Source: Antedon mediterranea
Lineage: Eukaryota; Animalia; Echinodermata
Assembly: GCF_964355755.1 (NCBI RefSeq)
Contig: NC_092675.1
Coordinates: forward strand, 23,408,912-23,472,911
Direction of reading: 5' to 3'
Length of the DNA stretch: 64,000 bases
In this document: positions 28,793 through 42,096 of the stretch, piece by piece
How positions within the stretch are numbered: the first letter of the stretch is position 1
Layout of the letters: every line of letters begins with the position of its first letter
Translations under genes and position numbers: made by a program
Notes under the pieces: generated by a model
Databases searched by the model: none
Seen by the model: only the letters and a program-made list of their open reading frames with translations
Told to the model about the DNA's origin: nothing

Positions 28793-31700
28793 GCTGTAAA
28801 TGAGTCACTGAGAATATCTTCTGCAGACTTCTAGTTGATTCCATATTCTAATTATTATTATTATTAGGTGTAAAATTAATTTCAAACATCAAAATGTACA
28901 GTTTATTGTTTATAGAACATACCTTAATATTTGTTAAACCAGTCCATCAAATTTAAGATTGTTTTTCCAGATTTTGAAGTTCGAACATCAGAAGTTGCGC
29001 AAAGTTTCAAATTCAATTTCTTCATTTTTTATACATTTTCTGTCAAAAATAATACAAAAAGAGTTTAGTAGAATAGAGTAGCTTCTACTCGTACAGCTTC
29101 GTCTGTCTAATAGCTTTAAATTTCACAATTTGACCAGAATCAGCCATATAATTAGGCTATTCCATTACACAAGATGGGGAAGTTGATATTGATATAGACT
29201 AAAGTGAAAGAGAAAAACAACAATGAGTAAAAATTTACAGGCTGGGAACCTCCCTTTGTAGTGAATGGTACAAGTGAAAGTATTGTAGAATGATTTGGCT
29301 TTAGTCCCATCTTACATTTGTGATAAATCTAGGCCTTATTAGAAAGTTTCCGTTTTTGATCTACAATTCCTTCCTACTAAATTAAGCAAATCTCAACTTC
29401 TGCATCTTTTCAGTAGTTTGATTGGGTGTGTATTTAATATAGGGAAATACAGCAATTTGCCCGTGTCCGCTGATTTAGCAAATCTGATTTTAACATCCTG
29501 GGTCATGTGGGATCTGCAAGATCTCAGTTGTCTGCGAGTTAGTCTGGCGGCAAATATAACAGGCACATAACATACATCAGGCACGTATCAAGCTTCAAAG
29601 TAGTGGAAATCTTGAAAATCTAAACTCAAGTCGTTGGCTTGAGTCGTTGCTCGGGCCAGACTAATTATATCTGCCATATCTGGCAGTGAACCACTCTTTG
29701 TTTGCAGGAGACTGTGTTTTATGTTTTTAGTAATTTCATTAACATCCACAAATGCTATGTGAAGATAAATAAACTTGACGAATCTCAAGGGAAGATCTAA
29801 CCATACCACTGTAGCATGCTACAACTAGTTTGTAACAAGGTTATACAATATCATGATTTGTTTTAGCACATCTGTGCGCTGAATGTGTGCGACACCTGTA
29901 TTGATCAATACTATGTCTACCAATCATGGGCAACATTGGTCATGCTTCATTACCTGTGTACATTATGCAAGCAGTCAATTGAGAAAGTCTTACTTTATTA
30001 CCATTATCCATGATTCTATGAATAGATTGATTAGAAGTTAATTGGCGTTCTACTTCAATCTTACTTTAATTTGGTTGATTTATTATAATACTAAATAGTA
30101 AAATGTAGATTGTTTATGTATTAATTGTAAAACATCTAAGAATTATTGGATTTATTCTGAAAGTAAAAAATTAGCATTGTTAATTTGTTAAAATGGACTG
30201 TTCTTTGAATTGTTAATGTGATTATTCTCTCCTAATTAGCATATTTGGAGATGTAATTTTAATCGCTGCATCTTTTCGCTGATACAGTACGATACACTAA
30301 ACTAAAATTTGAAACTAAAGTCATTTCAATTCTCTAATAGTAAATTAATTTATAATGTTGTCAGTTAAATTCCCAAATTGTAATTCTATTCTGCATGTCA
30401 TTACAGGAGCTTACATTGCAGCACAGCATAAAGGTCAAAGTTTAATCTAATTAACATAAACTGGAGTTTAGATATGACCTGCTGTAGGCTGTACAGTGCA
30501 TGATGAGATTAAAGTGTAGATATTCATAGTTAAAAACGCATAAATACAAATTGTATCAATAGGCTGGTAGGTGAAACAAGAAAGGAAACAATTTTACTTG
30601 TGTTTTACAGTATTTTCTCTTCTGTAACACTCTAAGAGAATAGAATAAATTTGACTTTATTATTTGACTATTATTTCATACAGCAATATCTGCAACTTAG
30701 AATATACTCTACACTACTTTCTTTATCTAACTATATTATTATGTTAAATCCCTTTTTAACACTTTTTGAGAAAAAGAAGACAAGGAATAGAATATTACTT
30801 ACCATGGCCAAATAATATGATGAAGATGATTGTGTGTTAAAGAAGACTTTCAAAAATGTCCTTCAAAACAAAATTAACATAAGCAACATTATTTATGTAA
30901 AATAACAGCTATTTACTAGAAGTAGCATCAGTACTGGGGAATTCCTTGGTTGCATGAAGAATGTTTCCATAAAAAGGCCCAAGAACCGTTAGCACATGGT
31001 ATAGAATGTCTGTATGGTCTGAGTATGTCTACACACAACTGAGATGCATCCAAGAATGATGACTATGCCTATTCTGTGATGTCATCACATTGGAATGTTT
31101 TAGCTAGGACTCTCTGCTTGAACCTATTTACAAATATGGCAGCATCCACCATGTGCTATATTATTCTAATTCCTTCTTCAACCATCAACATTAAAATCAT
31201 TAACATATTAACAAAATACAACGTTCATTCATAAAAGCTGTTACAAATATAGTTGTAGTAATAGTATGTAACTACACCTATTTTCAGTTTATTGGTTGTA
31301 CTGTTGTGGTGTGTGGGAAAGTGCAATGTTCCAGTACTGTAGATGATTTAAAACATCTGTGTAAGGCATGTTGGCATTGGCCTGCTCTAGTAATTTAGAT
31401 CCTTTACTGGATTTGTGACCTCCACAAACTTAAAATAACTCAACATGTATTATAACTACATACAATTACAGTGCTACAGTATATTTGTATTTGTAGTTCT
31501 ACAAGCCTACAGTTTTATTTTAGGAATAAGAAAGTAAGGCAAAGAGGAAATTAGTAATATAGGCTCAGCATGGCCACAGTGAAAAAACAATGGTCATGGA
31601 ATGTGAGCTATGGATGCAGTAAATACCTTGTAACCATGGTGATATGTAGGTCAAATTAAGGCCAAATGAAAAATATGACACTGGCTGGTAGTGTCTTTAT

Positions 31701-31915
31701 CCTAAGGTTGGACAACACAATTTTAATTTGCAAATTACTCCTGGGCCATACATACAATATATCATTTATTTCTGGTGCCTGATTTATCAATAGTGTGTAC
31801 ATTTATTATTACAAGATTTAAAGTCAACCTTATTGTAAAAATTGATTGAACTTTTGTATCTATCAGTTTTTTTAATGAATTGCATAATACATAATATGAA
31901 TTTTTATAGATAGTG

Positions 31916-32182
31916 TTAAATGCACAAAGCTTCTAAGCGCTTCACATTATTACCCTGGTAATTTGTTGGATGAAACAGAATATGTATGGAAACATACTTC
32001 CATAATGCAGCTAGTAATTGGCACAATTGTGTTTTGACCTTACCAGATACCCATTTGTACACCTGGGTGGAGAGAGGCAAATGTAGTAAAGTGTCTTGCC
32101 TAAAAAGGAAGCAGTGCAATGAGCGTTGGATTCGAACTTATGATCTCACGATCAGTAGTCCAAAATCTACACACTGTGCCAC
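31916..32182 (-). mobile_element. tRNA-derived SINE
   Basis: The minus strand has A-box GTGGCACAGTG, B-box GTTCGAATCC, then a GGCAAGACACTTTAC..CTCTCCACCCAGGTGTACAAATGGGT core. Confidence 0.7.
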
Positions 32183-35100
32183 ATGTCCTTACATACTGTT
32201 GAGTTACCGTAAAAAGTAGAATAAAATGATTTTAAATAATTACTGGATGTTGTAGGATTTGATTTATTTTTCTGATCATTTTAGTATTCGTGGAGATCAT
32301 TTGTTCTTAAACCAGTTGTTGGTCTAATAATAATATTTGTTCAAATGTCCTGTGCTAGATTGGGTAGGCCACCACATTTTGTTTGACCCTATAAGCCATT
32401 GTACTAAATGGTTTATACAGTATTATAAGATGTAAATTTATGTTGAGGAGATGATGGATATGCATGTGTTAAGGTTTATATATATATTGACCCAAAGTAC
32501 CAGCAAATTGATTGAGCTGGCAGCAGCCATCTTGTAACAAAGCATATAAAATAGTACCAAATTTATTAATATGACACACCCATCGACAATGATGAATAAA
32601 TAATGATATTGTAGTTGATTAATAAATATCATAATAAGTACAACAAACATATTCCTGGTTAAGTTTACTAAAAACCAGAATATTTAAGTTTTGAAAATGA
32701 TTTAATGAATAATATTGGAAATAATCCATATGTTTTCAGCATTGTTTTAACATATTTAGTGGTTTAAGTATTGGAACAGACCGTTGAGACACTATATTGC
32801 CTTGTATTGAACAAACTCCTCTGGGATATTATCTATAACATTCAATGAAGCATACAATTAACGTAGTAGACTTATCATTTTAAAGATTCATTCAATTTTA
32901 TTTTTAATTCTTGTAACAATATATTAAAAGTATATGAATACAGAGAGAGGTGAGACATATTGTACGTAAATAATTTATAGATAGCTAGAGATATAATAGT
33001 GAATAATAAAATCATAACTTACATCTTATCTGAATAATTATTCTAATTTATATGACCGATGAACACATCCATTGATTGTTATATGTAATCTGTCGTTGTG
33101 TATTCATTGCAGGTAATCTGTTTCATTTAAATGTTATATATCACTATTTAGAGTTAAAAGATGAATGAATTCTCATATTTGTAAAAAAGATAACTGACTT
33201 ACCATATAAATGACAGTGTTGACTTGAATAGTAAGGTGTGCTGATGTACAACAGTCAAGGGATCAAAAGTGTCTCATTTCATTCTTGAGATATTTTGAAA
33301 GTATAATGCAAGCTAGAAAAATAAGATAGAAAATATGAAAACATGATTTACTGTCCTAGAATAATCTAACCACACCTCTTACCCTGCTGTGTACACTGAT
33401 TTCAGGATGCTGTTACACGTTTCTTGTCAATAATTAAGCTTATATTAGATGCCTTATGAATATTTCCCTTCTTTCTGTGACTCAATGCTATCACTTTCCT
33501 GTGAGCCTTTGACAGGCAAGCTTGTAATATTAACTTGGGTATGTACCATTTTACCAATAGGGGTTTAAAAAATCATGATTATAAAACGACCAAAAAGTAG
33601 CCAAAATGGATATAAATATCTAGGAATACAAACTCATGTAATTAAAATGACAACTTGTTTTTTATTTTTTTTGGGAGAAAATGTTTTCTTTAAATTTTTT
33701 TTATAACTAATGAAAAATAATTTGGCAAAATATATAAAATAAAATAATACTCTACTGTCTGTATATGAAGATACAGGTACAATAAAACATAAATTTGAAT
33801 ATTGACCCAAATAAAGAAATTCATATAGTTTATCAAAAACTTGATATTGTTAATAGGATATTACCATACAGTAGGCTTTTATTATTATTTAAATATTAAT
33901 TGTGTTGTTATTTTAGTGGTATTGTTTGATACTACATATTAGGTTGGACGTACCAAACTAAATGTAAGGCCTTCACATCAAATCATCCCCCTCCCTGTGG
34001 CACACCCTTGTGAATTGAGGGGCTTACCAACAATAGTTCTTTCCCACATAAAGTTCTTTTACCCATAGTAAAGTTAAAAATACTACACATTTTCATTGAT
34101 AAAGAATCTCCATTTACCATTGTAGTGTTAGGCAGTGTGAAATGGGTACTATTCAGGGATGTGGGTATCATGGATTTTTTTGTTTTTTTTATTAGATAAT
34201 TTCTTCTTAATCTTCTATAAACAATTTATAATACTATTGTTGTATGGAGGATGCTATATAAAGTATAATTTATTAATATTATTGAAAATTATTTACTACC
34301 TGTACTAGCAAGTAGAAACCCCTACATAGGACTATTTTCTTTTGGTATCTAAACTTTGATCTAAAACAATGTTTTGATGAAGTAAAACAATGGTGTGTTT
34401 TCATCAGCAAGGTCACAGGACACAGGAAGTGGTAAACTCCAAATATGCAAAAAAGGTCATGACCTTTTTCTTGTAAAGTCACCAAATTAAAAAAAAAAGA
34501 AGAAAAAACTACTACAGGAATGAATCAAACATATTTGCATACAATTATTAAAATTAATCATTGTGTTAAATTTATACAGAATCATCAATGGGATATAAGT
34601 AAATTCTTGATAAATCATTTCTGTAGTAAATAGTCAATGTTACGTGCTGCGACATATAGTCATTATATGGTACATGGTTCAACCATGCTGCGTTTTGACA
34701 CTCATATAGTTGCTGGAAAACCCGGATTTAATCATAATTAGACCAAATCATAATTTTTTTGCGTTTTTGGTATTTCCATGTAGTATTTGTCTCCTTTTTC
34801 GTATGTCCATAATTTGGTCGAATTTCCATGGAAATTACACATCACGTTTTTTTTTAAACCAGGTTTATAATTGTGCAAGTAATTTCACTACTGTATGTAC
34901 CAGATCTTGGAAGAATTTACCCATACGACTAATACAACTCAGAATTTGTTCCGTACATACTGGGGGTGAGTTTCAATTTATTCTAGTAGTAACCCCACAT
35001 GGTTGTTCCAAAAACATTTACTAAAATATTTCTTTGTTTCCTTGAATTCTCTACCTGTACCTAAAAAAAATGTTGATATAACCAAACAATCAACTGAAAA

Positions 35101-36131
35101 TCTTTCTTAAACGTTTAGTACTGTGCAAACCTTTTGCCAAATTAAATCTGTCTAGCATTAGACAGAACATTGCTTTTTTTTACCCACGACGGAAAACATC
35201 GATATATCATCGATCATCAATATACGCCGATATACTGTATTTTTTAAAGCATACTGTACATTCTTAGGATATCTGTACCGTACTTGTAATGACACAGAAT
35301 GCAGATTGCATAACCGAAGCACTAAAACATTTACACAGATGGAGATGTTTATAATATTATAATGAGTGGGCATTTTAAGGGATTATTGATTTAGTTTCAC
35401 GGTTTCTCTCGAAATTATGCGACATGCAAATTATAATTAATTACGTATCCTGCGCTTAAATGAAAATCATCTTACAGTTCACCAAGTAATCTTTTTAAAG
35501 AATAAAATGTTGTGCTATAGAAACATTATTTGTATACATATCCACCAAAGTTCCAAAGAAAAGAAACACTGCTACACCATACTTAAATGATAAAGTTGAA
35601 TTGAATTTGTATACAGGCTACAGTATAGTAAAAAGTCCTATGAAATTAAAAAGAAAACATTCATTCATTATTGTTTGCTAATGCAGTCAACCCTCTCCTT
35701 CAAGACACTATTCCTGGGACACCTCTATTAAGGGGACACTTTCTCATGACACGAATAAGGGGAAATATATGTTTAAATACTACTGCCAATCCCCATTCAC
35801 AGGGACCACTATTAATTTGTTGGGTCCCTTGATAGGGTTTATAAATGACATCTATTCACTATTAACTTTTTCACTTTTATCCATTAATAAAAAGATTGAT
35901 TTTTACTCATTCATTACAAAAATTAATGTATTCATTCCTTCACTTATTGTACATTAATGTATTGATTAAGTCATTCATGTTTTTATTAATTTATTCAGAT
36001 CATCATCTATGCCATTCATTCACTAACTTCTAACTGGCTTACAACTCATATACAAAATAATAAGCATTTACTCTTTTCATTTATAAACAAAGAATATTTT
36101 TTAATCAAATTTACTGCATGCAGTGTCAAAC

Positions 36132-36162
36132 CAGGGAGTTGTTATTAGATAACAACTCCCTG
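36132..36162. mobile_element. 31-bp palindrome with 7-bp TSD (P-element-like excision footprint)
   Basis: GTCAAAC|CAGGGAGTTGTTATTAGATAACAACTCCCTG|GTCAAAC. Confidence 0.7.
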
Positions 36163-37690
36163 GTCAAACTAAACATCCATGTTCCAAGTAATCAAGTTGA
36201 TTTAATTCAAATAACAAATTAATTGATTACTCTGATTACATGGAGCATGGTCTCTACTTATTTCTCAATGCATGGTGTTAGAACTGGTGTTAAGAACTGT
36301 GTATTGACAGCTTTTGTTGATCAATACGTTATGGTGCAATACAGTTCCAAAATTATTGCTTTGAAATTACATAATTGCCAAAAAATCTTGAGGTTTTCCA
36401 AAGCTGGTCCTGTTTCTGTTGCAATAAAGAACCGTTTAATAACCATGTGAATAAATTAACCTTATTTATTGGCAGCAGAAACAGGACAAATTTTTTAAAC
36501 TGGTTAAATGGCAGCCTGAACATAATGGTTAAAATGTCATTCATTTGTGCCTTTTTTTCTCCCAAACTCTTATTCTCAATTAATGATTAGCTCAGCCTAT
36601 TTATTTTGATTGAATTTGAGGCTTTCTCATCCTCAGTATTTTAAAAAAGTTGTCTAGTAAGGCCTACTGTAATTACATTTGAATAGTAATGAACAATATG
36701 TACAATTTGTGAGTACAGCACAATGATTAGCATAGGAAGTACCTTATGCCATTATTTTGCATACCAGGAATTCCCCTTAGATTTCTAAAGTGGTTTGCAA
36801 TACAATAGGATAATATAACCAAGGTTCTATTCACTGTCATTTCCTAAATAGTAACTGTATAGGATTCTATAACAGTGAATTCATTGTAGACTTTTATAAA
36901 CACTCATTTAGAAAACTTTTGTTTTTTCTGATACAGAAACCAGTACCAGCTGAGATCTTATCTGTTGCCGTCATCTCCTCATTTGTATTAAATTCTCATT
37001 TTTGTTCAGATTTGTTTATTTTGTATTTTAAAGCTTCATTTTACTTTATCAGAGAGGTTAAATTAATTTTGATCAATTGCGTGATGATCAACAAAGAGTT
37101 TCATCTGTTTAAGTTTATAAAAATCTTAGCAGTGTCTAAAAAGAATCAGTTGCCCTCTGACACAGGGCAACCAAAAGCCAGCTAAAAGTTTAAACGGTCC
37201 AGTGTCGATCAGATGTTTGATCATTTTTGCCACCACATGTTTTGGCCACCAAGGTTTTAGAAATAAATTGAGAGGGCAACCAAATCTCAGACACAAAACA
37301 AATATAAGCTTTTGTATTGGTTACTCATTTGCATAATGCGCCATGTCTATAGGCATGTGTTGAGAGGGTAGACCTGTGATTCATCATGGAATATGTATAT
37401 CTATCAGTAGTAATTTCTTCATCATTTATCAGGGGCCATCTGCTACTTAGTTTCTCTGCATCACAGCACATTGGTGTGTGTATGAGAAGGTGCGGCATAT
37501 GGATAGACAAAAGAACTCACACACTTGTGTACATAAATATCAGAAAACATTTTAAAACAATTATCAAAGTATGATACTAACTAATCAAATATTTTTCTTT
37601 ATACTTCTTGGGAAATAGTTATTAATTTAATCTTTTATTTCAGAATATTGTGTCCATATCATACATACAAAATAATTTATTTACTAAAAC

Positions 37691-37717
37691 CAGGGAGTTG
37701 TTAATAACAACTCCCTG
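37691..37717. mobile_element. 27-bp palindrome with 7-bp TSD (same family as 36132-36162)
   Basis: CTAAAAC|CAGGGAGTTGTTAATAACAACTCCCTG|CTAAAAC. Confidence 0.7.
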
Positions 37718-38003
37718 CTAAAACTAAAAGAAATTTAAAGAAATATATACTGTATACATTGAATTAAGTTAAAATATATTACTTATTAATCACCTGAATG
37801 TTTTAAAATGTTAATATTTCATTTTTTTTTTCAATAATATGCGTACACATTATGTCAAATTTTTTTAACATGGGTTTTTTTAAAGTTCTAATTTTAAATT
37901 TACAATCAGAAATATCTTACTCTGAGAAGGTTTGGCAGATAGTACTGTACATGAATAAGTAAATGAGGCCAAATTTCTATCTTAAGAACATCTTATACAT
38001 TAA

Positions 38004-38629
38004 AGACCCCTTCCCTGCAATTTTGGACGTTTTTTGGAAAATAATACATATATATCACTTTAAAAACATTAAACCATGTCATTCCTTGTCTTAAATGTAC
38101 GTTTTATGGTAAATTATGATAAAAAGTGAGAAACAATGCACTACCTAAGTAGCTCGCGGCGATCGACCTCTCGTGGACGGTCTCAGGCCTAGCCTAGCTA
38201 GGCTTAGTTTTGTAGGCCTAGCTGGTAAACATCGGTAACGTACGAACATCGTACGCTAGCTATATACCTAGCCTGACGTTGTATAGTTGCTGCATTAATT
38301 GTCTTTCTATTTTTGCCAGACTCCGTTGATACAAATTGGGGAAAACCCGGTATTTTCGCTGAAAAGTAAGGAGTCTTCCATTTGTTTTGGCTTCACGATC
38401 GATCGAAAAGTGGGCGAATTACAGGTGAAAAACAACAATATCAATCCGCGCGCAATGCATTTTGGGATTTATAGCGGGCCGCTATAATTATTAAAATCGA
38501 TTTATTTTTCACATTTTTAACCGTTTAAAGACGAAAAAAGTTATCGCAATAGGACCATATAGTATTATTTTTACATTAAATATAGTTTGTGATCTTAAAT
38601 TAGATCTAAAAAACGTAGGGAATGGGGCT
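38004..38629. mobile_element. Kolobok-like non-autonomous DNA transposon
   Basis: TTAA|AGACCCCTTCCCTGC ... GTAGGGAATGGGGCT|TTAA; imperfect TIR, TTAA TSD, AG..CT ends, CpG-rich interior. Confidence 0.7.
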
Positions 38630-39633
38630 TTAATTAAATGTACTCTCTAGCATTCATCTTTACCTTCACTCTGTAATTGAGGTATGTGTATATCATTCTT
38701 CATTCACTTGAAAACATATTTTTTGATGTGTATTTATTAATATTGGTTAGATAGTTACATATTAAAATTGTATGCGATGTCATTGCCAACAAATATATGG
38801 TGTTGTTTAATCTAGCTTGAATCTGGCACGAAATGAAGTTATAAATAATGTCATCAAAAAAATTAAACTTAGGGAAAAAATGAATTACGAGTTTTCTTCT
38901 AATCATCAGCTCTATTGACAGAAATAGTTGATAGATTTATGAAGAAATAAAAATGGGGAAAATGAATAATACCAAAAAACCAACATACCTTGTTTCTAAT
39001 TCTTGTTGTTTTCTCTCTTCTTAGTTCTTGTGTAGTTTTCAGCATTTCTGTCTACACACCCTGGTCTATAACAGCTGATTATACTTCAAGCTGTAGAAAT
39101 TTTATTCCTGGTATGCAAACACAAAATGGACTGATCCACTTGACAGTGGGCACTGTACAGTATTACCACACCCATAGTTGCTAAATGGAGAGGGACAACT
39201 GGATATGGGGTATTTATAGACAGAAATGTCCACTTCCACTTCCCTTGTACTAATTACACACAAGGTTTTCCATAATGAGGATGCTGAGACATATGGCATA
39301 AATGTGTACCTTATTTGCATAAGGAGCCTTTGCATTGGAAATTGCTGGTCCTCATGATCAGTCATTGTTGGATCGTTCCATTTATTTATAAGGTAGAATA
39401 AATTATAATAATACATCAGGAATAAGTACTGTAGGGTTGTGTTGTGTAGATTAATATTAGTGTAGTTTGATGCATATGATTATCCCATGATCTGATCATG
39501 TAACAACAATTTATGAGGTAAGGAAATGTAATTGTAGGATGTTGTGTATGATTGTAGTCTAAATGTGTTGATTCATTCTTTTGTGTGGTGTTCACTTTAC
39601 TTGGATTAGTGTGTAGGAAGCTAGTTACAACTT

Positions 39634-40175
39634 TCATTATCTCGTTTGCTACTACTAGCTAGGCCTAGTCAATGTGAATTCTGAATTCTATTACTTGTCA
39701 TACTCTCATTGTAACAATACTAGCTATATTGACTACAACTGTCATTGTCTCGTTTGCTACTACTAGCTAGGCCTAGTCAACGTGAATTCTGAATTCTATT
39801 ACTTGTCATACTCTCATTGTCACAATACTAGCTATATTGACTACAACTGTCATTGTCTCGTTTGCTACTACTACTAGCTAGGCCTAGTCAATGTGAATTC
39901 TGAATTCTATTACTTGTCATACTCTCATTGTCACAATACTAGCTATATTGACTACAACTGTCATTGTCTCGTTTGCTACTACTAGCTAGGCCAGTCAATG
40001 TGAATTCTGAATTCTATTACTGTACTTGTCATACTCTCATTGTCACAATACTAGCTATATTGACTACAACTGTCATTGTCTCGTTTGCTACTACTAGCTA
40101 GGCCTAGTCAATGTGAATTCTGAATTCTATTACTTGTCATACTCTCATTGTCACAATACTAGCTATATTGACTAT
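39634..40175. repeat. tandem repeat, ~108-bp unit x5
   Basis: CTCGTTTGCTACTACTAGCTAGG recurs at 39641, 39749, 39857, 39968, 40080. Confidence 0.95.
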
Positions 40176-41164
40176 ACCACCACAATTCAGTATAGATACT
40201 ATACAGTAATGCATCATGGTGTGGTGGAGATATGATACCCATCTGCATATTAACGTTTTAGATGTTCTGTATTGTATGGTAGCTACTGTATTTTTACGCA
40301 TATCAGTGAAATCAATCCTGTAAAATTGTATACTTCTATCTACTCCTCGAGCTTAATTTACTGACATTACCAAAGTGTATATACAGAGTTGGATGTCCCT
40401 CCAATCTCTTATTTTGGGATTCCCCTATTAAAGGAACATTTTCTTATGAAACAAAATGAGCGGGTTCTAACAAAAGCAAACACCTTCTCAGAGGGCAGCA
40501 CCCATATTAAAGGGACATCCAGAGGGTGTCCCTTAATAGTGGTTTTACTGTTTTTTGTTGTCAAGTCAATTATTGCTACACAAAATGTCTTGTGTCAATA
40601 TTGAATGCAGAAATAATTCCATTCCAATTTATTGGTAAATTATTTGAATTTCATACTAGTCCAAAGTAAAAAAAAAAAAATTGGGGGAATACAATTACGC
40701 ATAAGTTAATAACAAATGTATCATTGCTTGCAGCTAACTTAATATTTTCTATAGCCCTTGAGCTTCTTCGTTGGTGGCCTAATTATAATTTCATCATTAA
40801 GGTGACCAGTGGCATTACTTTGACCTATGTTGTCTTCAGGCCTGATACTGCTTCGAAAAACATTGTTTCAATATTTTTTGAAAGCAGAAATTGAGATCTT
40901 AAAACCATACAATACACCATATATATTTTTTGTCAAATCAAAATGCTCAATCTAAATCATATAATAGGACATTAAATCTGTAAGTTAGTGTAAACTTCAT
41001 TGTATACTTTTATTAATATTAGTTAACAAAACAAGTGAAACCATACGAATCTGTTGAATGTCCACGTATTTCAGCCAGTTTTTGCTTCTAAAAAATTTTG
41101 ATTTAATATTGACGAAGTTTATAGCCAGCATTTTGGTCCTGTATTTAATGAGTGGATCAACATT

Positions 41165-41219
41165 TTTTATTTCAACAAAATTTTACGAGGGTGGTCGATC
41201 CAGCCAAAGCTGATCATTA
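41165..41219 (-). repeat. dispersed ~55-bp retroelement 3'-end fragment (copies at about 17062-17118 and 57477-57530)
   Basis: Three copies of TTTATTTCAAC..ATTTTACGAGGGTGGTC.ATCCAGCC.AAGCTGATCATT; the minus strand ends in an AATAAA/A-rich tail. Confidence 0.6.
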
Positions 41220-41403
41220 TAAAGCACAAACAATTTAGAATAAAACATTAAATGAATTAAATGCATCAAGTTGTGGCACAATGCGTTAAAAAACGTTCAT
41301 TTGTGAATTGTGCTCCACTTACGTGTGGCACAATGCGTTCCATTATTATGAGCACTAGTTTACATCTTCACTCTGCACTGTACATCCCACATGCTTTTAC
41401 CAA

Positions 41404-41663
41404 GGGTCTGTTTCTGTCAGTGTTACATACGGTAGCACAGAATAATATAATGTTTAGGCCATTAGGCTATTTTGTGTTGTAGCTAAAAGTTTCACAACAA
41501 TAACCGGTTAAATGGCGGTCTAACACACAATCGTTGTTTTTAACCGTTATTTTTTCAGGCTGCCTTTTAACCGGTTATTGAAAATTTTTCCTGTTTCTGC
41601 TGCAAACAAAATTTTGGTTAATTTATTCACACAGTTATTTTTTTCACAGCATAAGCATGACCC
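41404..41663 (+). mobile_element. short derivative of the 23302-24866 MITE family (another fragment at about 36404-36525, -)
   Basis: GGGTCTGTTTCTG start, AACCGGTT motifs, and shared CCTGTTTCTGCTGC..GTTAATTTATTCACA block. Confidence 0.6.
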
Positions 41664-42086
41664 AGGTCAACTATTCATTAATTAAGTTCTTTAATTTAAA
41701 TTTTTTTGAATTTATAAATCTAGAATTCTATTGTTAGATTTTAAAGATTTATTTACTTACTTTAGAAATTGAATAAAAACAAACAAAGGGCAATTTTATT
41801 GAAATTAAAGAATTTTGTTTATTTTGGGAAGGCCAGGTGGGTCTGCTTCCATTTGCTCCTGATGTCATTAAATTGAACCATCATCAATAATTGATACTCA
41901 GAAGTATTGACAGCATTTGGGCTTGTGCATGAGGTATTTGAGCTGGTATGTTGTATGGGCCCTGATCAGTTAGATTAGAGGCATGTGGTGGCAGCAGCAG
42001 CCTAGCATCTTGCCCTGATTTAGGCAAAGCAAATTGTGTTTATTACACTGGTATGTTGTTCATATGCCTTCAAGGACTATACTTGT

Positions 42087-42096
42087 CCAAATAAGG
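42087..42096. promoter_or_regulatory. perfect CArG box (SRF site) upstream of miR-1 on the - strand
   Basis: CCAAATAAGG = CC(A/T)6GG in apparently unique sequence; function is inferred only. Confidence 0.3.

Noticed and set aside
31060-31112. Second miR-1 paralog (TGGAATGT on + strand)
   Set aside because: The match is limited to 8 nt and only a small local stem forms; there is no pre-miRNA-length hairpin.
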